Shown here: in pieces, positions 11,101 through 19,451 of the stretch | How the letters are laid out: each line of letters starts with the position of its first letter | Position numbering within the stretch: position 1 is the first letter of the stretch | DNA from: a virus | Taxonomy: Duplodnaviria; Caudoviricetes | IMG/VR virus record: IMGVR_UViG_3300028591_000176 | Span: 12,970 to 76,969 of that record | Length of the DNA: 64,000 nucleotides | Strand: one strand, 5' to 3' | Notes under the pieces: model-generated | The model's input: the letters and a program-made list of their open reading frames with translations, nothing else | Told to the model about the DNA's origin: nothing | Databases searched by the model: none | Position numbers and translations under genes: made by a program

Positions 11101-11339
11101 GTTTCCTCCTTTTGTTTTGTTGTCCTACGCGTAGACCCGCCGTCAGCAGAGCCGCCCATATCGACTTTAACGCTGCCTAGTTCGTTGAGCTTGCGTTTCA
11201 TGGCATCGATACTGGTATTGAAATTGTCAACCATCTTTTTCGTGCCTTGTTCGACATGTGCCACAAGCGCATCGATGGACTTTTTCAGTTCCGCATCGTT
11301 AAGATGGCCAACTATGATTGTGGGGTTTTCCCTTGCCAT
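5097..11339 (-). CDS. Tail tape measure protein
   Basis: 2080 aa, mostly helical; tape-measure segment AIKSPFTTMELGAAAKQLVAY...LGQIKAYGYLNARDARMFSNAGIPLVKEL; follows chaperone genes. Confidence 0.92.
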   Translation of the reverse strand: MARENPTIIVGHLNDAELKKSIDALVAHVEQGTKKMVDNFNTSIDAMKRKLNELGSVKVDMGGSADGGSTRRTTKQKEETEAIKETTRAYKVQKTTLDEMARAQQVAIRTANPNGIRNADTLQTMNIQLDLLVQKLRDARSQYSAYVAMARDASTTGDKGYFQMATAGVHKYEEIVHSTINQIRALRASISQMGDVIAPQGHAIQNYVNSLQKANPELAALNERFKQGRSEMQKQTATAAEAVQATKQYTSEIENQKQQARAAAAKEQEYSQTSIERERQRREEIKRTGEAARQTSKEIINSMHQQASVPSSAPIKGIKELTQAVVEMRRAYFDLSPAERESAVGQALRADIEKAQKAITIVREYNSSVFKRREGFEIGNESTLKSLRENLKKLTEQYERLTVAQINAGKGDHIVERFQATTRAAHIMQRTLNTPINLKAALAGDERTLDDIAYKMQRLRSYKLSIDLTNKNAANEIRQVDEALSRLQREADKWMRTQNNMIAQNEALARSWNYMKNRLAFYFTVGATTSFIKQLIEVRGQYELLERSIGILIDSAQNGTRIFAELNAMAIKSPFTTMELGAAAKQLVAYDVAAKDVVDTTKRLADMAAAVGIPIERLTYALGQIKAYGYLNARDARMFSNAGIPLVKELSDYYTQLEGRLVSVSDVYDRIKKKAIGYNEVMEVVNKMTDEGGKFFNFQEKAADTLKVRLANLTLAWNNMLNEIGKDSQGIITSGLAALKWLFERWREFGNILYGVVVAFGLVRAAQLVAVRTGLVQVNTALASNMKMWGALGNTAKSVLKSLVSVFSNPWNWAMAGAAAIMYLSFSYKDLLRANEALNKSIADSADENINSIDKFFDEYHKQLDTIDNASASDKSKMWERMQEEIEKTNKNAKQYVSILEEIEDLGNRINVGKRVLEQTQEIEKEAKRIAERGLFNMGGGYADDSLAQDLIDYADHLNVIQNKYGSLAKANEDYSLGAKQLLSGFRRDTEEAYSELERFTGILDKADISRIMGDDPSTQLANIREFASIVRDNFLATEKGQKITAEGQALLNDALDKWVAKQGVANKVITNSNIAAVEGSRSAWETFFDQLNKKDRERMDFLVKTNQTGSEDFVKLWDKATELMQERAIGSYNLIQEQIANLRNTPDIVINVVYKRTEQKEIDRQIEKYKNTYIEPEGAGLMTADRYFREREENVRKYGTYIKKEEEDNVEWEKRLGEEYQNNSKNIESLNKQLANSAKLSDIDKNAKQNELNTLISQNKVLKEIADNQGFDYEQFAKGGKGGGSKKDVLGDALTKEVQLITDIQKRFKEYKQIGVDAQTAIAKATEEYGNTIIKNNATLRKYGVQTLSSEELAALPLQKVREFYQEQIKVANALNNTKGVEALEKALANINVEITKIDYKKITDGLNNELGKLKDEYELAVELDANPEMGDMFLDMFDIDPNALPQTIDQYAERVLSALNKSFEQRKIDFRLPTLDLTRDDIETYRNQVVDGVLDQSTFDAIEKNYKEIQELRKKDAKETLKKTQELQYKLADVDEKIAIETEKLERLRQKLAEETHEEKRKLLELEIKEQEQVIAKLQEDILQMLPTYKALFGGIAEHSAAMTRKIALELRRMLETATLNSDGSYTVTDPQGGTARISRRTREAQLDKVNKEILKTQSSFQKIKESLTKDEDKMVDWAHALELVGDEAKKAADGLKTIGEIFAALGAGDDTVEAINDVANTLEGLSQAGQGVAQIYSGDFIGGTVNVIKGTWNAVSTWLDNSDKKITRNIESSKRAVNRLQNTYEELEYAVEKSMGAAEIGARRAAIENKKLQLAELERQLQLEKSRKKKKQDEDAIIELEGEVASAKRELKDLTDGVVEMLTGSDIKGAAEAFIDAWVQAWRAGENTLDAMNEKMDEMIQNLVKKGVINEIIGTLLDPLYSEIKKFSDEGSEGGHFLTTNELRKIAQDAGVTAEEINIALSEFYGNLERLGILPKTLEANKQLSALQQGIQGITEDTAGALEAYMNNVSQQMYLHTDILTQIRDVVVGFNFDAQLGTISQILLQLQYSYQTQMAIHGILEGVLTPSGRAFTVELAS

Positions 11340-11363
11340 AAGCGTGTTAGTATATATGTTTGT

Positions 11364-11786
11364 TTACTTTTTCTTTCTATTCCTTACGGGGATTTCGTAT
11401 TCTTCGCCCTCTTTGAGTTCAGGAATCTTCAATCCCGACATAAAGTTATCAAGTTTATCCATCGATTCGGCGGTTTTCTTGTAGTCGTTCCACGCTTTCT
11501 TGTCGCTACCTTTCAAGTATTTTGTATGCGTGTTGTCTACCGCCATGAATTGTATCTGCGCGCACGAAAGACGATATAGGTAATCATCTAACGTGTACTG
11601 CGGAAATGCTCTCAGGAAGTCGGATGCGTCTGCAATGATAGTGCTTCCATAAACTGTGATGCTGTCTCCTCCGATTTCTTCTTCCTCGTCAGAAGTGAAT
11701 CCGTAAGCGTACTCACCGATTTTTTGAGTAAAAAAAAAGCGGATAGGTCTACGGATTGTATAGCACCAAGAATGATAGCTGCCCAC
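11364..11786 (-). CDS. Tail assembly chaperone C-terminal extension (GT-like, -1 frame)
   Basis: Overlaps the upstream chaperone ORF in the -1 frame across a T9 run (11730-11738); sits immediately upstream of tape measure. Confidence 0.65.
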   Translation of the reverse strand: MGSYHSWCYTIRRPIRFFFTQKIGEYAYGFTSDEEEEIGGDSITVYGSTIIADASDFLRAFPQYTLDDYLYRLSCAQIQFMAVDNTHTKYLKGSDKKAWNDYKKTAESMDKLDNFMSGLKIPELKEGEEYEIPVRNRKKK

Positions 11787-12181
11787 TGGTTAGGCTCAAA
11801 TGTGCTGTTCATCACCTTTGTCTTCATCTGCTTTATCAGCGCATCGTTCCTTTCATCTGCATCATCACAAGGCTTAAATAGATGGTTGCACAGGACTATT
11901 GCCATTATCTCGCACATGGCATCTAAATCGGTACACAGAGCCGTTATAACAGCATTGTCCGTGTCTAGCGTTTCATCAGCCTTACGCATATCCATCACAA
12001 GACGGCAGATGCGATACAAAGAATAGTAACGCATGTCCTTTACGCGATACTCCTTTTCGCCTAGCCTTACCAACGATGGCGCATCATTTATGATGTCTAG
12101 GATGTCTCTTTTGGTGTCTATGCTAAAATCCTGCAACTCATCCATCTTTTGTCCTTCCTCTTCTTTCTTCTTTTTTACCAT
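11612..12181 (-). CDS. Tail assembly chaperone (G-like)
   Basis: 189 aa between tail tube and tape measure; GCT TTT TTT TTA slippery sequence. Confidence 0.75.
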   Translation of the reverse strand: MVKKKKEEEGQKMDELQDFSIDTKRDILDIINDAPSLVRLGEKEYRVKDMRYYSLYRICRLVMDMRKADETLDTDNAVITALCTDLDAMCEIMAIVLCNHLFKPCDDADERNDALIKQMKTKVMNSTFEPNQWAAIILGAIQSVDLSAFFLLKKSVSTLTDSLLTRKKKSEETASQFMEALSLQTHPTS

Positions 12182-12216
12182 AATCGTGAACGTTTTTTTC
12201 TTGTTTTCGTAAAACT

Positions 12217-12255
12217 AAAAAGGAGCGTCACAGGGGACACCCCTATAAACGCTCC
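12217..12255 (-). terminator. Intrinsic terminator after major tail gene
   Basis: Minus strand GGAGCGTTTATAGGGG-TGT-CCCCTGTGACGCTCC followed by TTTTT. Confidence 0.8.
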
Positions 12256-12286
12256 CCACGTTCACGAAAACAAAAGATTTGTTGCT

Positions 12287-12799
12287 TTACGTTGTTTTGT
12301 CGCCGACAATCTTGTACATGTGGTCTACATTAGGCGTAACGGTGGTGTCGGTGTAAACCAAAGCAGTAATGGTTACGTTATAGTTCAGCGCGCCATCGGC
12401 ATCCTTCTTCAAAGTGCCAATGGTAAGACCCTTGTAAAGATACAGAGTGCCAAATCCGCGACCGAACGAAAGCTCCCAAGAATGCTCGGAAGTGAAAGCA
12501 CTTGGAGCACCCTCATAGGTCTCGCCAACAGAAGACGTTCCATCGGCGTGTGTTCCACCGAACAGCGGTGTAAGTTCACTAAGCTCATAGTTTGCGAGTT
12601 CAAACGTCATCGTAACAGGGTTGCCCTGATAGAAGATGTCGAACGGAGCATCGTAAAACTCGGCCTCAATCTCTGTTGATTCAGGCTCATCCTGCGCAAT
12701 GGTAAGACCACGAAGCACACCCATAAGCTGCACGGTGGCCTCAGCACCGACCTCGCCGTACTTTAGGCCAATCGGCTTCAAAGTTGTTTTCTTTGCCAT
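12287..12799 (-). CDS. Major tail (tube) protein
   Basis: 170 aa, beta-rich, position before chaperone, followed by terminator. Confidence 0.75.
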   Translation of the reverse strand: MAKKTTLKPIGLKYGEVGAEATVQLMGVLRGLTIAQDEPESTEIEAEFYDAPFDIFYQGNPVTMTFELANYELSELTPLFGGTHADGTSSVGETYEGAPSAFTSEHSWELSFGRGFGTLYLYKGLTIGTLKKDADGALNYNVTITALVYTDTTVTPNVDHMYKIVGDKTT

Positions 12800-12832
12800 A
12801 GTTATGTTCCTTTCTAAATTTTAAAATTATTA

Positions 12833-13270
12833 CTAATCTTGTTCTTCGATGACAACGATAAAAGATTTGATGAAAGTGTAGTATGCATTGTTGGCGTTTG
12901 ATGATTCGCCGCCGTCAGCAGAGATAACGCTATCTGATTCGATGTAATATGTCCCGTCGCGCACTTCCATTTGCTGGTTGATGATGTCGTTAACGGCATT
13001 TTCCATCACGGCATAGATGTCGTGGTCTACGCGCCCTCTGGACATCTGTGGAACGTACGCCTCAATATAGCACCTAACACGACCGTATGCATGCCCGCGA
13101 AACTCACTCTCGTCTACGATATTGCCGACATGGATAACAAGGAAGCCGTTTGTTGTGTCCGATTCAAGCAGCTCCTGCGGTGCGCGCATATCATATACAT
13201 TCTCTGTCACCACTCCGTAAAAGAGATTGTATAGATAGTCGTATATGTCCATTCTTGATTCGTTGTACAT
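12833..13270 (-). CDS. Tail terminator/completion protein (putative)
   Basis: 145 aa, position upstream of tail tube. Confidence 0.55.
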   Translation of the reverse strand: MYNESRMDIYDYLYNLFYGVVTENVYDMRAPQELLESDTTNGFLVIHVGNIVDESEFRGHAYGRVRCYIEAYVPQMSRGRVDHDIYAVMENAVNDIINQQMEVRDGTYYIESDSVISADGGESSNANNAYYTFIKSFIVVIEEQD

Positions 13271-13283
13271 CTTCTTATGCGTT

Positions 13284-13886
13284 TTAGAACTTTGGTACGC
13301 TTACGCGGAAACGTGTTCTTGCTGGTTTCAGGTCTTGTTTGATTTCGTCATAGAACTGCGTCATAACCATAAACCTGTAAAACCCTGCGGACTTTCCTTT
13401 GATGGTCATATTAAAACCTTCTTCCCAATAGCCCCAATATGGTGCTAGTATTGCAAAAAATACACGCCAGCCACGCGACCGTTCGTTACCTCCGTATTTC
13501 TTTACGTATCGTTCGGCTATTTCTCTGCCCACTACTGGAATCTGTGCGCCACGCCCTTCACTCAAAGCCGAAAACTCATGCAGGAATGATTCTGCGCTGC
13601 CTCCTCCGCGTTTTGTCGGTCGTGGCTGTACATCACCGCTCTCGCGGTAGAATCCGTAGTCTATAAGTTTCCCCTGATAAGAAACGCCCCAGCAAAGACT
13701 ATTAAGCAGATTGTGCGTGCGGTCAAAATGATTCCCCCAATGACCCGCGCGTATGGCATCGCCGATGTATTGTATTTCCTCCTTGGCATAGGCTATCAAT
13801 CGCGCATTCTGTTCATCTACAACGATTTTCATCATTGCATCTGCCATCTTCTTTGCGTTGAGACCTATTACCTTGGACTTTATCAT
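13284..13886 (-). CDS. Neck/tail completion protein (putative)
   Basis: 200 aa, canonical position; FDRTHNLLNSL, APYWGYWEEG. Confidence 0.5.
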   Translation of the reverse strand: MIKSKVIGLNAKKMADAMMKIVVDEQNARLIAYAKEEIQYIGDAIRAGHWGNHFDRTHNLLNSLCWGVSYQGKLIDYGFYRESGDVQPRPTKRGGGSAESFLHEFSALSEGRGAQIPVVGREIAERYVKKYGGNERSRGWRVFFAILAPYWGYWEEGFNMTIKGKSAGFYRFMVMTQFYDEIKQDLKPARTRFRVSVPKF

Positions 13887-13889
13887 CTG

Positions 13890-14225
13890 CTACCAACTGC
13901 TTCTTGTCGCGTAGATGCTCACACCGCCTAGCTGTGACGGGTCTGAATTATCTACGGTTAAAGTGAATGTTTCATCATAGCGCGTGATTTCAATCTTGTC
14001 ACCCTTTCTTGGAACTATCCATTTGCCGTCAGCATCCTTAACCAACGGAATGCTGATGATGTACTTGGATGTCTGCATAGTCCATCCAATTTCATCGTTT
14101 GCCATGTGTTCATCCATGACACCTTCGTATATAAGCAGTTCTTGGTCTTTTTCCATACCCTTTCCTGCTATTACTCTGGTTATCGTTCCAGTGTAAGGAT
14201 ATTCAAGAATCTCGTCTCGCGTCAT
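13890..14225 (-). CDS. Head closure (stopper) protein (putative)
   Basis: 111 aa beta-rich, PRKGDKIEIT, canonical position. Confidence 0.55.
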   Translation of the reverse strand: MTRDEILEYPYTGTITRVIAGKGMEKDQELLIYEGVMDEHMANDEIGWTMQTSKYIISIPLVKDADGKWIVPRKGDKIEITRYDETFTLTVDNSDPSQLGGVSIYATRSSW

Positions 14226-14611
14226 AGCTTTGCAACGTCCTCTATGGGGATAAACTTAATTCGCCTGTCTTGCATCAATTCCGTAAGGGTGTCACCCCTA
14301 TCGTCATCATAGCGATTGTATATCCTGATTGCGTACTTAATCTTCTCGTCTTGGTAAAAGTCCTGTTCTTGGCCAATAGTCTTCTGGTATCCGTTATGCG
14401 ATTGCGACAACGATGCGGTATTGGAAGGACTTAAAAGTACGGCAGTAAAGATGATGTCCGCCGTCATCAGCTCACGCTGACGCTTTGTTACAACACTCTC
14501 GTCGTAAACATCATCATCTGGATTACACTCTCTGTCAAGCGCAATCTTAATGAAATTCTGTTCCTCAAACGAATATCTCGTTGATGCTTTAAGCCATTCT
14601 AATACCGTCAT
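14222..14611 (-). CDS. Head-tail adaptor protein (putative)
   Basis: 129 aa helical, SLSQSHNGYQKT, directly after capsid gene. Confidence 0.55.
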   Translation of the reverse strand: MTVLEWLKASTRYSFEEQNFIKIALDRECNPDDDVYDESVVTKRQRELMTADIIFTAVLLSPSNTASLSQSHNGYQKTIGQEQDFYQDEKIKYAIRIYNRYDDDRGDTLTELMQDRRIKFIPIEDVAKL

Positions 14612-14697
14612 CGCTGCTACAACTAACTAACCAACCAAAAACTAATAAACCAAAACAAATCTTATATGAGAGATTAACTTGTAAATTGCCACAAGTT

Positions 14698-16002
14698 TTA
14701 TGGACGCGGCGGGTCTACAGGTGAGTTTCCTGTGCTGGAAATGTCAACGATTACGTGATACGGCGATTCATCAAGAACCGTAGCATAACGACCAATGACA
14801 TCGGTATGGTAAGACTTCAGCTTGCCGTTAGGCACAATCTGGTTGATGACATTCAGGAATCCCTGCACCTTGGCAAGAGAGAACTGAATGTTGCTGTTCA
14901 CCTCACCGCTACGCATCAGCTCTACGTCGGCGACCTTTGCATGTACAAGTACACCAGCATAACCAAGAGGACGGAGAACGACAACGTTCTGCTTCCAACC
15001 CTTGACGGTATGATAGGTGGTGATGCCCTGTACGGTCTGCTGCTCGCGGATGATGCGGATGGGCGAAATCTTGCTGATAGGCGAACGGCTATACTCAACA
15101 AGCTGCTCCCAAGTGATGCTAGCAACATCGGTGCTTCCGCCAGCGGAGGTCACGATGATAACCTTGTCGGGTGCATACAAGCGGATATAGCGGTTGACCT
15201 CTGCAACAAAGGCAGCGTTCTTCAACAGCACGCCAATAACGGTTTCCCAAGGAATATCCCACTCAAACGGCGTTCCGTCGGGAATGGCATTTGCCTCCTT
15301 GAACTCGGTCTCGATGATGCGCATCTGTTCAGGGATGTCTGCATCGGGGTCAGTCCACACATCATTGATGGCCTTCTTGTAGTTAGCCAAGGGGATATAA
15401 GCAGCCTGACTGGTGATGACACCGCTAAAGCCCTGTGTGGTAGCAGTACCACCTGCGGGGTTGGTAAGTGCAATGGTGTTCCCATAAGCGCCGCCGCGTG
15501 AGAGCGTCATAGCAGCCATGTTGGACACTGTAAGGTTGTGAGCCTTAACAAGGTCGGCAACGCCACGGACAAAGCCAGTGACAAGATTCTGGTCGCTACC
15601 AAGCTCGCGCAGGCGTGCCTGAAGCTCCAGCTTTGACATCGAGGTCTCAAACAGTCCCTTACCATACTGGTAGATAGAGCCTGTCTTCTCGGTGAATCCC
15701 TCGGCATCGAGCTGCATGGTCTCGCTCAGCGGAGCCATTGCGTCAGCCATAGGAACGGTGCGGTTAATCTTCTGCCGTACAGTCCATGCGGGATTCTTCT
15801 TGGTGTCACCAAGGTCGATGTCATACTCATTACCCTCTACGCGGAAATGCTCCTGCCAGAAGAAGGCGTTCTCTTCAATCTCGATGGTGTTGTCGATAAG
15901 GGTCTGCAAGAACCCAACGTTAGTACCATCCATAAAGCCCTTCTGATACAGCTTCTCAATAGCCTCATCGGGGTTAAAAGGGTATTTCAATGCGTTTGGC
16001 AT
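14698..16002 (-). CDS. Major capsid protein
   Basis: 434 aa, strongly biased codon usage, position after scaffold/decoration and before connectors. Confidence 0.8.
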   Translation of the reverse strand: MPNALKYPFNPDEAIEKLYQKGFMDGTNVGFLQTLIDNTIEIEENAFFWQEHFRVEGNEYDIDLGDTKKNPAWTVRQKINRTVPMADAMAPLSETMQLDAEGFTEKTGSIYQYGKGLFETSMSKLELQARLRELGSDQNLVTGFVRGVADLVKAHNLTVSNMAAMTLSRGGAYGNTIALTNPAGGTATTQGFSGVITSQAAYIPLANYKKAINDVWTDPDADIPEQMRIIETEFKEANAIPDGTPFEWDIPWETVIGVLLKNAAFVAEVNRYIRLYAPDKVIIVTSAGGSTDVASITWEQLVEYSRSPISKISPIRIIREQQTVQGITTYHTVKGWKQNVVVLRPLGYAGVLVHAKVADVELMRSGEVNSNIQFSLAKVQGFLNVINQIVPNGKLKSYHTDVIGRYATVLDESPYHVIVDISSTGNSPVDPPRP

Positions 16003-16022
16003 AATTCAGTTCCTCCTATCTT

Positions 16023-16826
16023 TTAAATCCAGAAAATACCATCAATGTACGAACGGTTCTTTGCAAGGACATACTGGGGCAGCGGCTGCATACGTGCAAT
16101 CCAAGCCTGCTTGTTGTATACCGTGCTGATAGAGTAGTCGGCGTTCTCGATACCGAAGCCTTCGGTAGGCATAAGGTCGCGGTCAGCCTCAATGAACGTG
16201 TTGGGGTTAGGAACGAGAACCTTGCATGCGCCAGTAGCCTCACCTGCAAGGGCAACGTCTGCGGCCGCGTCTGCCTCAACGAGAATTGCACCAGCGGCAA
16301 TCTTACTTGCGCTAAGAGCTGTGTCAACGGTTAGGGTAAACTTTTCGTTAGTCTCGTCGTAAACGACGGCAGTCACCTTGGTGTAAGTACCAGTGTAGTC
16401 CTTAACGCCGCTTGCCGAAACTACAAACGTTGCATCTGCCAAGTCCACCTTGTCATTGGCAACGGCTAGTTCACTTTCGGAAGAGACACCGATGGAGTCG
16501 CTGCCGATGTTCGGAGCAAGCATTAGATACATTCCGACCTCTGGCGCATCGCTGTAACCATCACCTTCAATAACGATGGTAGTGCCGTTGGCTGCGATGT
16601 CAGCCTTGGTCTTGAACGAACGGAAAATCAGACAGCCCTGAGCTGGAGTATACTGTACCAACTGTGCAGCATACAAGTGGTCAAAGCCTTTCTTTGGATT
16701 CAGAATAGTACCGCCGAGCAGAACGTTGCCGCGCTGTTCACCGTTGCTGTCTTTAACCCAAACCCACTTGCCACCGCGAACCTTGCGCGATGTTTCGTAG
16801 AAATAAGCTAAATTAGTTACTTGCAT
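16023..16826 (-). CDS. Capsid decoration/cement protein (putative)
   Basis: 267 aa between scaffold and capsid genes, same codon bias as capsid. Confidence 0.5.
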   Translation of the reverse strand: MQVTNLAYFYETSRKVRGGKWVWVKDSNGEQRGNVLLGGTILNPKKGFDHLYAAQLVQYTPAQGCLIFRSFKTKADIAANGTTIVIEGDGYSDAPEVGMYLMLAPNIGSDSIGVSSESELAVANDKVDLADATFVVSASGVKDYTGTYTKVTAVVYDETNEKFTLTVDTALSASKIAAGAILVEADAAADVALAGEATGACKVLVPNPNTFIEADRDLMPTEGFGIENADYSISTVYNKQAWIARMQPLPQYVLAKNRSYIDGIFWI

Positions 16827-16844
16827 AATTTTTTGAATTAAGTA

Positions 16845-17480
16845 TTACTTTACTTTTACTTTCGGTATTGAGGCAAGGAACTCTTCATCACGTTTCTGAA
16901 TCTGCTTTGGCGCAAGCGGCTTTATGTCACCAATGCTGTCCTGAAAGATTTCTTGGAACTGTGCTACCAATGCCTTGGCCTGTTCCTTATCCTCTTTTTC
17001 AAGCTCTACGTTGAAAGACTTTGCGTATGTCTCAAAAGACTTGTGCAAGTCCTCACGTATGCTTTCCTTGGCAATGTCGATGATGCTCTTGAATTTATTC
17101 TTCTTCGCCTCCGCGTTTTTGAACTCCTTCAATTCATCAAGCTGTTCTTGCAGCTCCTTCGGGATTTTCGGTTCGTCATCCTTGTCTTTCTTCTTGCCAA
17201 GTTTTCTTGTCAGCTCTGCAATCTGATTCTTGTACTCGTTCTCTTTTTCCTCAAAGGCTTTTTGCTTTGATGTAAGACCCTTTGATGTCGCGCTGAATGC
17301 TGTGTCAAGGTCGAACTTTAATGCAGCAATGGCATCTTCATCATCAGGTTCTACGTCTGGGTATCTTTTCGCAAAGAACTCCGAGAACTTTTCCTTAAAA
17401 TCATCTGTGAGAGTTTCCGTTGTGTACGCTTTCTCCGTACAATAGTCGTTTGCTTTCTGCAAAACATCTTCCTTAGTCAT
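16845..17480 (-). CDS. Capsid scaffolding protein (putative)
   Basis: 211 aa, highly charged and helical, first gene of head operon. Confidence 0.6.
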   Translation of the reverse strand: MTKEDVLQKANDYCTEKAYTTETLTDDFKEKFSEFFAKRYPDVEPDDEDAIAALKFDLDTAFSATSKGLTSKQKAFEEKENEYKNQIAELTRKLGKKKDKDDEPKIPKELQEQLDELKEFKNAEAKKNKFKSIIDIAKESIREDLHKSFETYAKSFNVELEKEDKEQAKALVAQFQEIFQDSIGDIKPLAPKQIQKRDEEFLASIPKVKVK

Positions 17481-17522
17481 AGTTTTCTCCTATTACGTTT
17501 GGTTAATAAAAAAAGTACGATG

Positions 17523-17555
17523 CAAAAATACGAACAAAGTTAAGATGCCCACAAA
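17523..17555 (-). promoter_or_regulatory. Leftward promoter of head-tail operon
   Basis: Minus strand TATTTTTG (17523-17530) with TTTG (17552-17555). Confidence 0.65.
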
Positions 17556-17639
17556 AGACTTATCGCAAAGTTATCGCAAATAACACAAAAAGCTATGGAC
17601 TTTCTAATAATATAGAACAACACATATCGAAATAATGTC

Positions 17640-17647
17640 TACTTTTG
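17640..17647 (+). promoter_or_regulatory. Rightward promoter of terminase operon (-7 box)
   Basis: TACTTTTG 28 nt upstream of terminase ATG. Confidence 0.6.
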
Positions 17648-17675
17648 CAAAAAGAAACCTGTTAAGAGATACGCA

Positions 17676-19451
17676 ATGGCCAGAAAGAGAAACGACATAG
17701 TATTATCCCCTTTGGAGGATGGCAACCAAAAGTACGCCATTCGCTCCAACGCAGATATTGTCGTGCTTACTGGCGGTACTGGCGGCGGAAAATCATACGC
17801 TTTGTATTATGCTCCAATGGAATATCTTGCCATGAACGACAATGCGAAAATTGTCTGCTTTATGCGTAACGTTTCGGATTTCTGGGGGGCAGGAAAAGTG
17901 AATGATACGCTGAAAACAATGTACCCCTTGATAGACCGCTCTGTAAAGAAACAGCCGCATGACCCAATCGGTGAGATAATACGAAACCAGACGGACATGG
18001 GTTTGAAGCTTTACAATGGCAGCGAGATAAAGTTTCAGCAGCTTGACAACGAAAGCCCTATCATCATAGATAAAATCGCCAAAGGTTTACAGGCTAAAAA
18101 GCTAATCTTTGACGAGAGCAACAAGTTTCTTTGGAGAACAATCACAGCCTTTATGCCTCGCTTGCGTAGTGATTCAAGCGGCAAAGCACAGATATTCCTT
18201 GCGCAAAACCCTGAACGTGAATGTTTTCTTCGCAAACTATGCGGGAAAGGAGAACATGGCGGCGGGTGGATAAATGATGACGGCACTGTTGATAAGTCAA
18301 TGGATGGTGTCGTTATGTATTTCAATATGCAAGAGGGTGACGTGGAAAAGACCTACTTTGGTCGCACAAAGCGCGAGGTGTACGAAAAATGCAAAGACCA
18401 TATTGATTCTCTTGTTGCACAAGACCCCGATATGACCTACGAAGATTTTATTCTTTCGATGGTGTTCTACACGTTCAGCGTCCGTGATAACAAAAGGATG
18501 CTGGCAAAGAACAAGGGATATAGGGGACTTGCTGCAAACGCTTCAACGGCAGCATCGGCATACAATGAGAACTGGAACTATAGCATCACGGACGACGAGA
18601 ACAAAGATGAAGACCTGACAAATGTTCAGCTTAGTCAGATGGATGTCGAGCGCATGTTCCGTCCGATGGAAGTTCCGCGTGACTCTGTTGTTGTAAAGCG
18701 TTTTATGACGATGGATATGGCTACAACAGGCTTTGATAATCTCACACTAAAGTATTGGGAGTTATGGTCTCATTACGGCTTTATTTGTAGGGACATAAAG
18801 TATTCCACACAGAATAGCAACCGTGAAGCAGTAATGATGGCAATACATTTCCGCGACAAGCACAACTTGCAGGAGCGTGACATGATTCTTGATGTTCAGG
18901 GATTCGGATTCCTGCGCGACTGTTTCCCACGCGCAATATTTGTTTCTGGTGCTGGGCAAACCTCAAATAGGGGAAAGGCACAGTTCCGCACAATGAAAGA
19001 CGAGGCTGGCCATGTGGCACTTGAAATGATTCAAAGCGGGCTTATACACTACGAGCCGCGCCTTGCTCAAATGCACTATGACCACAAGAACATGAAACGC
19101 GAAGGAGGCACGACGATACTGCGCCACATGATTTTTGAAAGCAGAATATTCCAATTCGGGAAGACACCCAATGGGCGCATCCTTATGATGGATAAGGAAA
19201 AGATGAAAACCCTATTGAAAGGAATGTCACCCGACCTTATGGATAACATTATACTGCTTTGTGCGGGAACAATCTACGACTGCCATAGAATGCTGCGAGA
19301 GGATGCTGGCGTGATGAAGAAGAAAGCTGAATCGAGCGACATGCTCGCGCTGTTAAACGTCAATGGCGAACAAAATGTTGATACGCGTATTAATCGCGTG
19401 AAGAAGATAAGAAACGCAACTGACATACTTAAAGTACTTAGTACAATATGA
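17676..19451 (+). CDS. terL: Terminase large subunit
   Basis: Walker A LTGGTGGGKS, Walker B LIFDESN, LAQNP, nuclease MTMDMAT and SPDLMD. Confidence 0.9.
   Translation: MARKRNDIVLSPLEDGNQKYAIRSNADIVVLTGGTGGGKSYALYYAPMEYLAMNDNAKIVCFMRNVSDFWGAGKVNDTLKTMYPLIDRSVKKQPHDPIGEIIRNQTDMGLKLYNGSEIKFQQLDNESPIIIDKIAKGLQAKKLIFDESNKFLWRTITAFMPRLRSDSSGKAQIFLAQNPERECFLRKLCGKGEHGGGWINDDGTVDKSMDGVVMYFNMQEGDVEKTYFGRTKREVYEKCKDHIDSLVAQDPDMTYEDFILSMVFYTFSVRDNKRMLAKNKGYRGLAANASTAASAYNENWNYSITDDENKDEDLTNVQLSQMDVERMFRPMEVPRDSVVVKRFMTMDMATTGFDNLTLKYWELWSHYGFICRDIKYSTQNSNREAVMMAIHFRDKHNLQERDMILDVQGFGFLRDCFPRAIFVSGAGQTSNRGKAQFRTMKDEAGHVALEMIQSGLIHYEPRLAQMHYDHKNMKREGGTTILRHMIFESRIFQFGKTPNGRILMMDKEKMKTLLKGMSPDLMDNIILLCAGTIYDCHRMLREDAGVMKKKAESSDMLALLNVNGEQNVDTRINRVKKIRNATDILKVLSTI

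Noticed and set aside
14690-14730. Capsid C-terminal frameshift extension
   Set aside because: No slippery heptamer and no open downstream frame; a hairpin and T-rich tract follow the stop
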